Source: an uncultured Oscillospiraceae bacterium (GTDB taxonomy: Bacteria > Bacillota > Clostridia > Oscillospirales > Oscillospiraceae). Taken from it: 64,000 bases of DNA. Location of the stretch: positions 9,813 to 73,812 of the forward strand of contig CAZCRO010000002.1 of assembly GCA_964501115.1 (NCBI GenBank). Reading direction: 5' to 3'. Numbering within the stretch: position 1 is the first letter of the stretch; the number at the start of each line of letters is the position of its first letter. Of the stretch, positions 1 through 10,242 are shown in pieces. Below the pieces are notes generated by a model that worked only from the letters and a program-made list of their open reading frames with translations, had not been told where the DNA came from and searched no databases. A program made the position numbers and the translations under genes.

Positions 1-761
1 TTCATCGGGGAGATGAAGCACTCCTCTGTGGGAATATTGGGGTTGAAGAAGGTACCCTGGATGATGGTCTCTCCACCACCGCAGAAGCGCCCTTCCGGAA
101 TCATGCCAACGGTCAGATCCGTGCCGTTATCCGCAGTGTAGTGCAAAGAGCGGATGTGCAGGCTGTTGAGGTAATCGCAGCGAGCTTGCAGATCGGCATT
201 GTGGGCTTCCCAGTTGGCAATGGCATCTCCATCCACCCGGGAGGTAAACAGGATGGCTTCCCACAGCTTTTCCACAGCGGTGCTGGTGCGCATACCGGGG
301 AAGACCTTCTTTGCCCAGGCTGCACCGGGCACAGCGGCAATGCACCACTGCTGGCGATTTTCCCGCCGGTCTGCATATCCCTTCAGGATGGGGTAGCTCA
401 TCTGGCGTGCTTTGGCCATTTTTTCCATATTCACGCCCTTCAGGCCGTCCGGATCCTCGGAAACCAGGTGAATACGGCAGGGCAGCTCTTCGCAGAAATA
501 TTCCTGGCGAGCCTTTACCCATTCCTTCACAGTGCCCAGGGTCTTGACGGATTCATAGCGGTATTTCAACTTTGTAAGGGGCTGGTAGTCCCACTGGACG
601 ATTACTTCCTTGGCCTTAGCCTTGTAGGCTTCTTCCACAACCAGCTGAACAAACTCCGGCTGGTCCAGTCCGGCAAAAATCAGCACCGTCTGGCCTTTCT
701 GGACATTCACGCCACAGCGGACGATCAGGCGGGCATACTCCCGCAAAACAGTCTTTTTCAT
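1..761 (-). CDS. Aminopeptidase, M29 (AmpS/AmpT-like) family; 3' end runs off the window
   Basis: Manual translation from ATG at 761: MKKTVLREYARLIVRCGVNVQKGQ...QWCIAAVPGAAWAKKVFP...FNPNIPTEECFISP. These are typical M29 motifs. GGAG RBS upstream. Confidence 0.85.
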   Translation of the reverse strand, partial: MKKTVLREYARLIVRCGVNVQKGQTVLIFAGLDQPEFVQLVVEEAYKAKAKEVIVQWDYQPLTKLKYRYESVKTLGTVKEWVKARQEYFCEELPCRIHLVSEDPDGLKGVNMEKMAKARQMSYPILKGYADRRENRQQWCIAAVPGAAWAKKVFPGMRTSTAVEKLWEAILFTSRVDGDAIANWEAHNADLQARCDYLNSLHIRSLHYTADNGTDLTVGMIPEGRFCGGGETIIQGTFFNPNIPTEECFISPM

Positions 762-806
762 AAAAACGACTCCTTTTTGTTTTCCCCTATAGTAGCAGAT
801 TTTTCA

Positions 807-3800
807 TCAAAGGTCAATGCCGTCCTTCTTGGCAACGGACAGCATCAGCTTGATCCGGTTCAACTGGTTTACTTCGCTGGCACCGGGGTCATAGTCCACA
901 GCAGCAATATTGGCCTGGGGATAAGCTTTTTTCAGCACCTTGATTACGCCTTTTCCCACCACATGGTTGGGCAGGCAGGCAAAGGGCTGGATGCAAATCA
1001 CATTGGGGGTGCCGGAAGTGATCAGTTCAATCATTTCACCGGCCAGGAACCAGCCTTCGCCATATTGGTTGCCCAGGGACAGGAAGGGCTTGGTATTCTC
1101 CGCAATTTCCTCAATAGGAACCGGAGGTGTAAAGCGCTTGCTCTTTTTCAGTGCCTGGATGGCCGGCTGGCGCACTGCCCACAGTGCCCGGATGCCCGCC
1201 TTTGCGGCAACCTCCGCACTCTTTCCGGCACCCAGGAATTCATGACGGTATTCACCACCCAGCAGGCAATAGTTGAAGAAATCCAGCATATCCGGCACAA
1301 CCGCTTCGGCGCCTTCGGCTTCCAGCACCTGCACCAGATGGTTGTTCGCCAGGGGCATATACTTCACCAAAATCTCTCCCACAATGCCCACCCGGGGCTT
1401 GCGCAAACTTTCGTCAATGGGGAAAGCATCAAAGTCCGCCACCAGATCCCGGCACACTTGGGGATAACTGCGGCTGCTCTTGGGAGATGTCAGCGCTTCG
1501 ATACAAATATCCCGCCACTTGTGATGCAGCGCATCGGCACTGCCCGGGGTCAGCTCATAGGGACGCACCCGATACAGGCAGCGCATCAGCAGATCTCCGT
1601 AAACCACCGCGTGAATTGCATCCAGTATCAGCCCCGGGGTGAAGTGGAAACCGCTGTTTTTCTCCATGCCGTTGGCATTGACGGAAATGACAGGAATGTG
1701 GCTATAGCCCGCCTTGGCCAGGGCCCGGCGAATAAAGGCCACATAGTTACTGGCACGGCAGCAGCCTCCGGTTTGAGTCATCATAATGGCCAGATGGTCC
1801 GTGTCGTATTTTCCGGAGAGCACCGCTTCCATCACCTGCCCCACCACGGTGATAGAGGGGAAACAGGCATCGTTATTCACATATTTCAGACCCACATCGA
1901 TCGCCGTCCGGTCGTCATTATCCAGAACCACCACGTTGTAGCCATGCTTGCGGAACACGGGCTGCAAAATATCAAAATGGATAGGACTCATCTGGGGTGC
2001 CAGCAGGGTGTAGCCCTCCAGCTGCATTTGCTGGGTGTATTCCTGCCTGAAGAAATCCACAGGTTTGGGCTGTGCCTGGATGCCCTCCTGCTTCCGCATT
2101 TTCATCGCCGCAATCAGGCTGCGGATCCGGATGCGAACCGCACCAAGGTTGTTTACCTCGTCGATTTTCAGCAGCGTATACAGCTTGTTGCTGCCCTCCA
2201 GAATTTCGCTCACCTGGTCGGTGGTTACCGCATCCAGACCGCAGCCGAAGGAATTCAGCTGCAGCAGCTCCAGGTCATCCCGGTTGCGAACAAAACGTGC
2301 AGCGGAATACAGCCGGGAATGGTACACCCACTGGTCTACAATCCGCAGATTCTGCTCCTCCTCCGGGTTCGGCAAGCTGTCTTCTGTAAGCACTGTCAGG
2401 CCATAGGAGGCAATCAGCTCCGGGATACCATGGTTGATTTCCGGATCGATGTGATAGGGGCGGCCAGCCAAAACGATGCCACTGCCTCCTCTTTCCTCCA
2501 TGGCACGGAGCACGCGCTCGCCCTCGCGCATAATATCCAGCTTGGCCTGGCGCTGCTCTGCCCAGGCCTGGGCTACCGCCCGGCGGGTCTGCTGGGCAGG
2601 AATATCCCAAACCTCCTTGCAAACCTTCACCAAACGATCTGCCGCGGTTTTTTCACTGGTAAAGGCAACGAAGGGACGGATGTAGCGAACGGCACCGGAG
2701 GTGACCGACTCCACATTGTTTTTCAGATTTTCAGGATAAGAAGCAACAATGGGGCAGCTGTAATGATTCTGAGCGTCTTCATGCTCCTGATACTCATAAA
2801 AGACGCAGGGATGGAAAATGGTGGTAATTCCCTGGTCAATCAGCCACTGCACATGCCCATGAGCCAGCTTGGCGGGATAGCATTCCGATTCAGAAGGGAT
2901 ACTGTCCATTCCCAGTTCATACAGTTTTCTGTCCGAGAAGGGAGACAGCACAGCACGAATACCCAAATTCCGGAAGAAGGTTGCCCAGAATGGGTAGTTT
3001 TCATACATATTCAGCACTCTGGGAAGTCCCACGGTACCCCTCGGAGCCTCTGAAGCAGGCAAAGGTTCGTAATCAAACATTCGCTTCTGCTTGTATGCCA
3101 CCATATTCTCCGCCCGCTGCGTTCCGGAATTCCCACCGGCACCCTTTTCGCAGCGGTTTCCGGTGATGTGCTTCCGCCCACCGGGGAACGTATTTACGGT
3201 AAGCATGCAATTGTTGCCGCAACCTCCGCAGCGCAGTGTCCTTGTGGTGTAGCTCAAATCGACAATCTGCTCCAAAGGCAGCATATCCGTCCCCCGGCCC
3301 TCATCATGGCTGCGGGCAATCAGTGCCGCGCCAAAGGCTCCCATCAGCCCTGCAATATCCGGGCAAACCGCCTGGCAATCCGCAATTTTTTCAAATGCCC
3401 GCAATACCGCCTGATTATGGAATGTGCCGCCCTGCACCACGATATGATTACCCAGCTCTTTGGCACTGCTCAGCTTGATCACTTTAAACAAAGCATTCTT
3501 GATTACGGAATAAGCAAGACCTGCGGAAATATCCGCCACCTTGGCGCCCTCTTTTTGCGCCTGCTTCACATTGGAATTCATAAACACCGTGCAACGGGTG
3601 CCCAAGTCCACAGGATTTTCGGCAAACAGCGCTTCCCGGGCAAAATCCTGCGCGGTATAGCCGAGGGAGTTGGCAAAATTCTCAATAAAAGAGCCACAGC
3701 CGGAGGAACATGCCTCGTTGAGCATAATCGTATCCACGGCTCCGTTTTTCAGCCGGATGCATTTCATGTCCTGCCCGCCAATATCCAGCACGCAGTCCAC

Positions 3801-5036
3801 ATCCGGGTCAAAAAAGGCTGCAGCGGTGCAGTGGGCAATGGTCTCCACCTCCCCTTCGTCCAGGTGGAAGGCCGCCTTCAGCAGCGCTTCTCCATAGCCG
3901 GTGGAGCAAGTGCGGGCAATCCGGGCAGATCCGGGCAGCCGGGTTTTCAAATCCCATATGGCCGTCTTGGCGGTTTCGATGGGATTGCCCTTATTGTTGG
4001 CATAGAAGGAATACAGCAGCTGCCCCTCCTGGCCAATCAGTGCGATTTTGGTTGTAGTGGAACCGGCATCGATTCCCAGGTAGCAGTCTCCGCAGTAGGT
4101 CTCCAAAGGCGCTTTGGCAACCACAGCCTGGCCGTGTCTCCGGTGAAACGCTTCGTACTCCTGAGAGGACGCAAACAGAGCCGGAAGACGGGGCATCTCA
4201 AAAGAAACCTGGATTCCCTGTTCCAGCCGGGCAATCATGGTACCCAGCGCAACGGGATTCTCCCCAACACTTTCCAATGCGGAACCCATCGCCGCAAAGA
4301 GATGGGAATTCTCCGGATCCACCGTTGTTTCCGGTGTCAGGTGCAGTGTACGGATAAATGCCTTCTTGAGTTCCGGAAGAAAATGCAGAGGGCCACCCAA
4401 AAATGCCACACAGCCACGAATCGGCTTTCCGCAAGCCAGGCCGGAAATGGTCTGGTTCACCACCGCCTGGAAAATGGACGCTGCCAGATCCGCCTTTGTC
4501 GCTCCTTCATTGATCAGAGGCTGGATGTCTGTTTTGGCAAATACGCCGCAGCGAGCCGCAATGGGATAAATCTGCTGATAGTTCTCCGCTTCTTTATTCA
4601 GCCCGGCTGCATCGGTTTGCAGCAAGGCAGCCATCTGGTCGATAAAGGAGCCGGTACCGCCGGCACAGACACCGTTCATCCGCTCATCCAGTCCCCCGGC
4701 AAAATAGATGATCTTGGCATCCTCGCCTCCCAGCTCTATGGCCACATCTGTCTGGGGATAGAATCGTTTCAGTGCGGCCGCTACCGCCACCACTTCCTGC
4801 TGGAAACCAATGTCCATTGCCTTCGCCAGGGTGATGGCACCGGAGCCGGTAATCTTTACCCGCAGAGCACACTCCCCCAACCGGTCTCTGGCATCCTTCA
4901 GAAGCTCTGCCAAAGCCCCCTGGGTATTGGCCTGGTGGCGGGTGTAGTTCCCATAGCAAAGATTGTCCTTTTCATCCAACACGGCCAGTTTCACGGTCGT
5001 GGAGCCAATATCAATTCCCGCACGATATGTCTTCAT
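807..5036 (-). CDS. Fused 2-hydroxyacyl-CoA dehydratase activator-type protein (two ASKHA ATPase domains plus C-terminal dehydratase-associated domains)
   Basis: GIDIGSTTVK, ELGGEDAK, CAGGTGSF, then second domain GIDAGSTTTK, DIGGQDMK, CSSGCGSF. Start reassigned to MKTYRAG at 5036 (GGAG upstream). Confidence 0.85.
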   Translation of the reverse strand: MKTYRAGIDIGSTTVKLAVLDEKDNLCYGNYTRHQANTQGALAELLKDARDRLGECALRVKITGSGAITLAKAMDIGFQQEVVAVAAALKRFYPQTDVAIELGGEDAKIIYFAGGLDERMNGVCAGGTGSFIDQMAALLQTDAAGLNKEAENYQQIYPIAARCGVFAKTDIQPLINEGATKADLAASIFQAVVNQTISGLACGKPIRGCVAFLGGPLHFLPELKKAFIRTLHLTPETTVDPENSHLFAAMGSALESVGENPVALGTMIARLEQGIQVSFEMPRLPALFASSQEYEAFHRRHGQAVVAKAPLETYCGDCYLGIDAGSTTTKIALIGQEGQLLYSFYANNKGNPIETAKTAIWDLKTRLPGSARIARTCSTGYGEALLKAAFHLDEGEVETIAHCTAAAFFDPDVDCVLDIGGQDMKCIRLKNGAVDTIMLNEACSSGCGSFIENFANSLGYTAQDFAREALFAENPVDLGTRCTVFMNSNVKQAQKEGAKVADISAGLAYSVIKNALFKVIKLSSAKELGNHIVVQGGTFHNQAVLRAFEKIADCQAVCPDIAGLMGAFGAALIARSHDEGRGTDMLPLEQIVDLSYTTRTLRCGGCGNNCMLTVNTFPGGRKHITGNRCEKGAGGNSGTQRAENMVAYKQKRMFDYEPLPASEAPRGTVGLPRVLNMYENYPFWATFFRNLGIRAVLSPFSDRKLYELGMDSIPSESECYPAKLAHGHVQWLIDQGITTIFHPCVFYEYQEHEDAQNHYSCPIVASYPENLKNNVESVTSGAVRYIRPFVAFTSEKTAADRLVKVCKEVWDIPAQQTRRAVAQAWAEQRQAKLDIMREGERVLRAMEERGGSGIVLAGRPYHIDPEINHGIPELIASYGLTVLTEDSLPNPEEEQNLRIVDQWVYHSRLYSAARFVRNRDDLELLQLNSFGCGLDAVTTDQVSEILEGSNKLYTLLKIDEVNNLGAVRIRIRSLIAAMKMRKQEGIQAQPKPVDFFRQEYTQQMQLEGYTLLAPQMSPIHFDILQPVFRKHGYNVVVLDNDDRTAIDVGLKYVNNDACFPSITVVGQVMEAVLSGKYDTDHLAIMMTQTGGCCRASNYVAFIRRALAKAGYSHIPVISVNANGMEKNSGFHFTPGLILDAIHAVVYGDLLMRCLYRVRPYELTPGSADALHHKWRDICIEALTSPKSSRSYPQVCRDLVADFDAFPIDESLRKPRVGIVGEILVKYMPLANNHLVQVLEAEGAEAVVPDMLDFFNYCLLGGEYRHEFLGAGKSAEVAAKAGIRALWAVRQPAIQALKKSKRFTPPVPIEEIAENTKPFLSLGNQYGEGWFLAGEMIELITSGTPNVICIQPFACLPNHVVGKGVIKVLKKAYPQANIAAVDYDPGASEVNQLNRIKLMLSVAKKDGIDL

Positions 5037-5173
5037 TTCTGTTGTCTCCGTATCTATAAAAATAAGTAAAGTTGCGTGTATTTTATTTTTATTTTGTGAA
5101 CCGAAAATAAACTGGAAGTATCCGGAATGTAAACTGTTCCCCGGATTGCGCCAGGCTTTTCCCTGGCTGACGG

Positions 5174-5207
5174 AAAAAAGAGGCCGCTCCCCGAGCAGCC
5201 TCTTTTT
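5174..5207 (-). terminator. Intrinsic terminator after dut
   Basis: AAAAAAGAGGCCGCTC-cc-GAGCAGCCTCTTTTT hairpin flanked by A/T runs. Confidence 0.7.
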
Positions 5208-5212
5208 CAATT

Positions 5213-5650
5213 TTACGCTCCTGTGGAGCCGAAGCCGCCTTCGCCCCGGGCGGTTTCCGGGAGGATGTCTGCCTCCTGATAGACCGGGCGAAGAACAGGC
5301 GTAACCACCAGCTGGGCGATTCTGTCGCCATTGTGGACTTGCCGGGGCTGATCGCCATGATTATGCAGGGCAATCATAAATTCCCCCCGGTAATCACTGT
5401 CAATGACCCCTACTTTATTCGCCGGTGCCAGATCCTGCTTGCAGGCCAGGCCACTGCGGGCATACACCAGCCCCGCATAGCCCACCGGCAACGCCATAGA
5501 AAGCCCCGTAGGCAGAAAAACCGTCTGCCCGGGCTGGATGGTCACGCTTTCTTCCAGGCAAGCATACAAATCCGCTCCCGCAGCCTCGGCAGAGCCGAAG
5601 GTGGGCAGTTTCGCCCCGGGGCGGAGCTTCTTTACCGCAATTTGTTCCAT
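5213..5650 (-). CDS. dut: dUTP diphosphatase
   Basis: AAGADL, ARSGLA, GVIDSDYRGE, GDRIAQL, RGEGGFGSTG motifs; start MEQIAVKK. Confidence 0.95.
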   Translation of the reverse strand: MEQIAVKKLRPGAKLPTFGSAEAAGADLYACLEESVTIQPGQTVFLPTGLSMALPVGYAGLVYARSGLACKQDLAPANKVGVIDSDYRGEFMIALHNHGDQPRQVHNGDRIAQLVVTPVLRPVYQEADILPETARGEGGFGSTGA

Positions 5651-6195
5651 GATTTCAATCCCTTTCCTTCTGCCTGCCAGTCCTGCCACAAAACAACTTC
5701 TCCCTGCCGCAAGGTAGCGGGCATATCGATCAATCTCTGATTTTCTGACCCACGGAATCGCAGGGACAGATTCTTCTTTGCCTCCACAAAGGGGCCGTCT
5801 ACCAAAACATCCAGATAGCTCAAATATTCCCGGGTAACCGGCCAATCCCCCAGGCTCCCGGAGGAAATCTTCTCATAGGTATACCCCGAAAACGCCCAGA
5901 CGCTCTTTTCCGGGTACTTTTCCCGAACCTGCCGCAGCAACTCCACAACAGGTAGCTGGTTCTGGGGTTCAAAGGGTTCCCCTCCCAGCAGAGTCAGTCC
6001 CTGGATATAGTCCGGCTCCAGCATATCCAGGAGCATAGCAATCGTTTCCTGGGTAAAGGGTGTGCCGTAGTGAAAATCCCAAGCCACCTCATTGAAGCAA
6101 CCGGGGCACCGGCGAGTACAGCCGGAAACAAACAGGCTGACCCGGACACCGGGGCCATTGGCTATGTCGCAATTTTTGATGATTGCGTAATTCAT
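5632..6195 (-). CDS. nrdG: Anaerobic ribonucleotide reductase activating protein (radical SAM)
   Basis: DIANGPGVRVSLFVSGCTRRCPGCFN (CxxxCxxC), LLGGEPF, DVLVDGPF, FRGSENQR. Confidence 0.93.
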   Translation of the reverse strand: MNYAIIKNCDIANGPGVRVSLFVSGCTRRCPGCFNEVAWDFHYGTPFTQETIAMLLDMLEPDYIQGLTLLGGEPFEPQNQLPVVELLRQVREKYPEKSVWAFSGYTYEKISSGSLGDWPVTREYLSYLDVLVDGPFVEAKKNLSLRFRGSENQRLIDMPATLRQGEVVLWQDWQAEGKGLKSWNKLR

Positions 6196-7430
6196 GCGTC
6201 CTCATCCTTTGTTTTCTCTTCTTCGCTGTTGGGGAAGGCGCTGCGGTATTGCTCCCACAGCTCCATATGGTTCTGCTTGCGCAGGCCACGCTTGACCAAA
6301 CGCTTCACCGCATCGTAGAACACGGCGATCAGCGGCACACCAACAATCATACCCACAATGCCCCAGATGCCGCCAAACAGAATGATGGCAAACATGACCC
6401 AGAAGCCGGAGATGCCCGTCCGGTTGCCCAGAATCTTGGGGCCGATCACATTACCGTCCAGCTGCTGCAGAATAATTACAAAAATCACAAACCACAGTGC
6501 CTTCATAGGGCTTTCGATCAAAATCAGCAAAGTAGCCGGCACCGCACCAATCACCGGGCCAAAGAAGGGAATGATATTGGTAATACCCACCAGCACCGAT
6601 ACCAGCAGCGCATTGGGAATGCACAGAATCAGGCAGCCGATATAGCACAGCACGCCAATGATGGAGGAGTCGATGATCTTGCCATCGATAAACCCGCCAA
6701 ACATCCGGTCGATAAACGCAACCTCTTCCAGCACCAGGTTCGCCCACTTATCCGGCAAAAGACTGCGCACAATCAGCACCGCCTGCCGGCCAAAGCGCTT
6801 GCGGCCATGCAGCACATAAATGGCAACAATCAGACCAATGAGGACATTATACAAAAACGTAAGTACACGCCATACGCTGGTACCCACACCGGAGAGAATA
6901 TTGGTAATCTGGGGCATGACATTTTCCTGGAACCACTTGGATACATCCGTAAAATAATCCATGTAATTCTGATCCAGAGAGGTCAGTACCTGCTGGATTG
7001 CCTCGTTATCCCCGAATGTTGCCATTGCCCAGGTCATCTGCTGCTCCACCTTCGGCGGCAGCTGATTCCACAATGTGGTAATGCTGCTGACCAGCTGAGG
7101 CAGAACCATTGTCAGCAAGGCGTACACAATCAAAATGCCAATAATCAGGCTGGAAATCACCGCCACAGGATTGGCGAAGCGCTTGATTTTCTTATGGAAG
7201 CGCAGCTGAAAAAAGGCTTCCAGAGAGTTGCACAGGGGGCGCAGGAGATAGGCAATGACACCACCGTAAATAAACGGTGCTAGGATGCTGCTGATGGTTC
7301 CCAACCAGCTGCCGATACCCTGGAGCCGGTACAGGAAGAAAAAGAACAGCACGCTCATACTGATTGCGCCAAAGCCTGCCAGCATGGCATACATATAGCG
7401 CTCTTTTCGTGGATCTCTCAATTGCATCAC
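6192..7430 (-). CDS. AI-2E family (PerM-like) membrane transporter
   Basis: Multiple TM segments; NIIPFFGPVIGAVP, LQQLDGNVIGPKILG, GIVGMIVGVP motifs. Confidence 0.88.
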   Translation of the reverse strand: MMQLRDPRKERYMYAMLAGFGAISMSVLFFFFLYRLQGIGSWLGTISSILAPFIYGGVIAYLLRPLCNSLEAFFQLRFHKKIKRFANPVAVISSLIIGILIVYALLTMVLPQLVSSITTLWNQLPPKVEQQMTWAMATFGDNEAIQQVLTSLDQNYMDYFTDVSKWFQENVMPQITNILSGVGTSVWRVLTFLYNVLIGLIVAIYVLHGRKRFGRQAVLIVRSLLPDKWANLVLEEVAFIDRMFGGFIDGKIIDSSIIGVLCYIGCLILCIPNALLVSVLVGITNIIPFFGPVIGAVPATLLILIESPMKALWFVIFVIILQQLDGNVIGPKILGNRTGISGFWVMFAIILFGGIWGIVGMIVGVPLIAVFYDAVKRLVKRGLRKQNHMELWEQYRSAFPNSEEEKTKDEDA

Positions 7431-7732
7431 TCATTTCTGTTATTCTTGTATTCAAGTATACCAGAGCTTGGAGGGCAATAAATGAACAAAATGTGAATAT
7501 GCCCGTTTCTGGTTTCATTGTTTACAAATTCTTTGCACCCTGCCCTCTTGCCTTGGCCGATTATTTGGAGTAAACTGTAGGTAGTGGAAACAAGAAGTAT
7601 TTCAGGTGGCAAATAAAATCAAAAATACTTCTCAGGCTGCGATTTTGGATTTTATCTGCCAAAATCGGACAATTTCTGCATGTAGCATCCTGCAAAAAGA
7701 ATTTTTTATATCAATCTCAAGGAGTGTTATCA

Positions 7733-8455
7733 ATGCCTTATTATTATGGATTCGACTGGACTTATGTGGTACTGGTTTTGCCCTGTGTACTGCTGTCCCT
7801 TTGGGCAAGCGGCAATGTAAACAGCACCTTCAAGCGCTATTCCCGGCAATATTCCTACCGGGGACTCACCGGTGCCCAGGCAGCGGAGCGGGTACTGCGG
7901 GCCAATGGTGTAAGCAACGTGCGCATTGAGCCTGTCCGTGGAAATCTGACCGACCACTATGACCCCAGAAGCAATGTCATCCGCCTGTCCGAGAATGTTT
8001 ACAGCAGCACCTCCACCGCCGCCATTGGTGTTGCCTGCCATGAAGCAGGACACGCTGTACAGTATGCCCAGAACTATGTGCCGGTGCGTGTACGCTCCGC
8101 GGTTATCCCCATCACCAACTTCGGCTCCAAGCTGGCCATGCCGCTGATTCTGCTGGGCATTATTCTGCCCGGCCTTGGCAACCTTTCCTACAGCCTGGTG
8201 TACCTGGGCATTGCCTGCTTCGGTCTCAGTCTGGTATTCCAGCTGGTCACCCTTCCCGTGGAATTCAACGCAAGCCACCGGGCTATGGAAGCCATAGAAG
8301 GTTGTGGGCTGCTGACCCAGGAAGAGCAGCGGGGTGCCAGAAAAACTCTGCAAGCCGCTGCCCTAACCTATGTAGCCGCCACGGCCACGGCTCTGGCGCA
8401 ACTGCTGCGGCTGATTCTCCTGTTCGGCAACCGGAATGACCGCCACAGAGAGTAA
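7733..8455 (+). CDS. Membrane-bound neutral zinc metallopeptidase (YugP-like)
   Basis: LTDHYDP, ACHEAGHAVQ (HExxH), TLPVEFNAS, AAALTYVA. Confidence 0.88.
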   Translation: MPYYYGFDWTYVVLVLPCVLLSLWASGNVNSTFKRYSRQYSYRGLTGAQAAERVLRANGVSNVRIEPVRGNLTDHYDPRSNVIRLSENVYSSTSTAAIGVACHEAGHAVQYAQNYVPVRVRSAVIPITNFGSKLAMPLILLGIILPGLGNLSYSLVYLGIACFGLSLVFQLVTLPVEFNASHRAMEAIEGCGLLTQEEQRGARKTLQAAALTYVAATATALAQLLRLILLFGNRNDRHRE

Positions 8456-8540
8456 TCTGTGCAACAGTTTTTATATATTGTCGCAATTCTATCATCTATC
8501 GGTTGTCAAATCTCTGGCTGTGGGGTAAACTGGCCTTGAG

Positions 8541-9281
8541 GTGATGAACATGTACAAACTGGACAAGCAGATTTTCGGATGCTTTGTAGCCGCTGTACGA
8601 AAGGAAAAAGGCTGGACACAAAAGGAGCTGGCGCAGCAGCTGTTTGTATCCGACAAGGCCGTAAGCAAATGGGAAACGGGCGTAAGCCTGCCGGACACAA
8701 CTTTGCTGCTGCCTCTTTCCCAGGCGCTGGATGTAACGGTAACGGAGCTGCTGCTGTGCCGCCGCATAGACGCCCCTCTGCCCCCGGAACAGGCCGAAGA
8801 AGCGGTACAGTCCGTGTTGCAATACAAGCAGGAATCCATTCCCCGCGCCTGGCAGGCAAAAAGCAAATGGATGTTTCTCTTCCCGGCAAGTGCAGCCCTG
8901 TGCATTGGAGAACTATTGCTGTTTCCGGATCTTCGAAGCAGTACTTTGCTCACTCTGCTGGGAATGGGTGGCGTGTTTGGTGCCTATTTTGTCTATCTGG
9001 CACCGGAAAAGCTGGACAAAATGTACGATGAAAACAATCTGCATTTTTTCCTGGACGGCCCTGTGCGCATGAATTTGCCCAGTGTGCGCTTCCATAACGG
9101 AACCTGGAAATCCATGCTGCGAGCCCTGCGGTGCTGGAGCTGCCTTATACCGGCAATTTTGCCGAATCTGGCTCTGCTGCTGAAAGGCTGGGCTTTTGCA
9201 GACTTTGTTCTTCTGTTTTTGTTTATGATCGGCCTGTTCCTGCCCATATACCTGACAGGGCGGGAGAAAACCTGTGGATAA
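8541..9281 (+). CDS. XRE-family HTH regulator with C-terminal membrane domain
   Basis: RKEKGWTQKELAQQLFVSDKAVSKWETG HTH followed by about 4 hydrophobic segments; start may be 8544 or 8550. Confidence 0.85.
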   Translation: MMNMYKLDKQIFGCFVAAVRKEKGWTQKELAQQLFVSDKAVSKWETGVSLPDTTLLLPLSQALDVTVTELLLCRRIDAPLPPEQAEEAVQSVLQYKQESIPRAWQAKSKWMFLFPASAALCIGELLLFPDLRSSTLLTLLGMGGVFGAYFVYLAPEKLDKMYDENNLHFFLDGPVRMNLPSVRFHNGTWKSMLRALRCWSCLIPAILPNLALLLKGWAFADFVLLFLFMIGLFLPIYLTGREKTCG

Positions 9282-9588
9282 CTTCAGGTACATAGGCTTC
9301 CCCCAATGCGGAAACCGGATGCAGGCATGCCAGATTGGCACGTTGCCCCAGTATGACGCAAACCGCCAAATGAACCACACCCCGACAGAAAATACTTTTG
9401 TTTTTGCCACCAGGAGCAGCAAACTCTGCGAAACTTTTGGGGCATATCGGAGAATCCGGCTCTCACGCAGAACCGGATTCTGTTCTTGTCTTTTGGGTAC
9501 CGCCTTTCTTACAAATCCGAAAGGCAAATTTCTTTTTTCTATGGTATACTATTGGTGGAAAACAACGCCACAGCGCAAGGAGGTCACC

Positions 9589-10242
9589 ATGCCGGAACAT
9601 ATTTTGATTGTGGAAGATGATGCTTATATTCTTCAGGGGCTTACGGAGCTTCTGGAAAAGAACGGTTATCTTCCCACAGGAGCGGACTGCATTGCCCAGG
9701 CAAACGCGCAGCTCCTGCAGGGACACTTTTCTCTTCTGATTCTGGATGTTACACTGCCGGACGGAGATGGTGTCTCCTTTTGTCACAGCCTGCGCTGCCA
9801 GGGAGATGCCACACCCATTCTTTTTCTCACTGCCCGGGACGAGGAATATGACATTGTACGGGGTTTGGATGCCGGCGGGAACGACTATGTAACCAAACCC
9901 TTCCGCATTCAGGAGTTGCTCAGCCGGATCCGGGTGCTGCTGCGTCAGCAGGTCAGCCAAACCTGGCATCTTGGGGAGCTGGAAATTGACCGGCAGAAAA
10001 TGCAGGTTTTCCGCAAGGGTATGCTCCTGTCCCTGACGCTTACAGAGTATCGCCTGCTGCTGGCCTTATTGGAGCGGCGGGGTGTTGCCACCCGAGAGGT
10101 TCTGCTTGCCACGCTTTGGGACTGCGACGGAAAATACATTGACGACAATACGCTCTCTGTTCACATGAGCCGCCTGCGGGAAAAAATCGGTGCTGGACAT
10201 ATCCGCACCATTCGGGGGGTGGGTTACCAATGGGTGGACTGA
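9589..10242 (+). CDS. OmpR-family response regulator
   Basis: ILIVEDD, LLILDVTLPDGDG, FLTA, DYVTKPF, IRTIRGVGY; AGGAGG RBS before ATG 9589. Confidence 0.92.
   Translation: MPEHILIVEDDAYILQGLTELLEKNGYLPTGADCIAQANAQLLQGHFSLLILDVTLPDGDGVSFCHSLRCQGDATPILFLTARDEEYDIVRGLDAGGNDYVTKPFRIQELLSRIRVLLRQQVSQTWHLGELEIDRQKMQVFRKGMLLSLTLTEYRLLLALLERRGVATREVLLATLWDCDGKYIDDNTLSVHMSRLREKIGAGHIRTIRGVGYQWVD

Noticed and set aside
141-5069. Long plus-strand ORFs (970 aa, 633 aa)
   Set aside because: Antisense shadows of the aminopeptidase and activator genes; no recognisable motifs
5050-5112. AT-rich inverted repeat and Rex-like half site TTGTGAA upstream of the activator gene
   Set aside because: The second half site is missing and low complexity makes a chance match likely
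7570-7610. Possible NrdR boxes upstream of the AI-2E-nrdG-dut operon
   Set aside because: Too degenerate to call by eye
9274-9588. N-terminal extensions in the ORF track (also for the activator, dut, mtnN, hprK, csoR, gdhA, rnfD, rnfG)
   Set aside because: They cross promoters, terminators or neighbouring genes; better RBS-supported starts lie downstream
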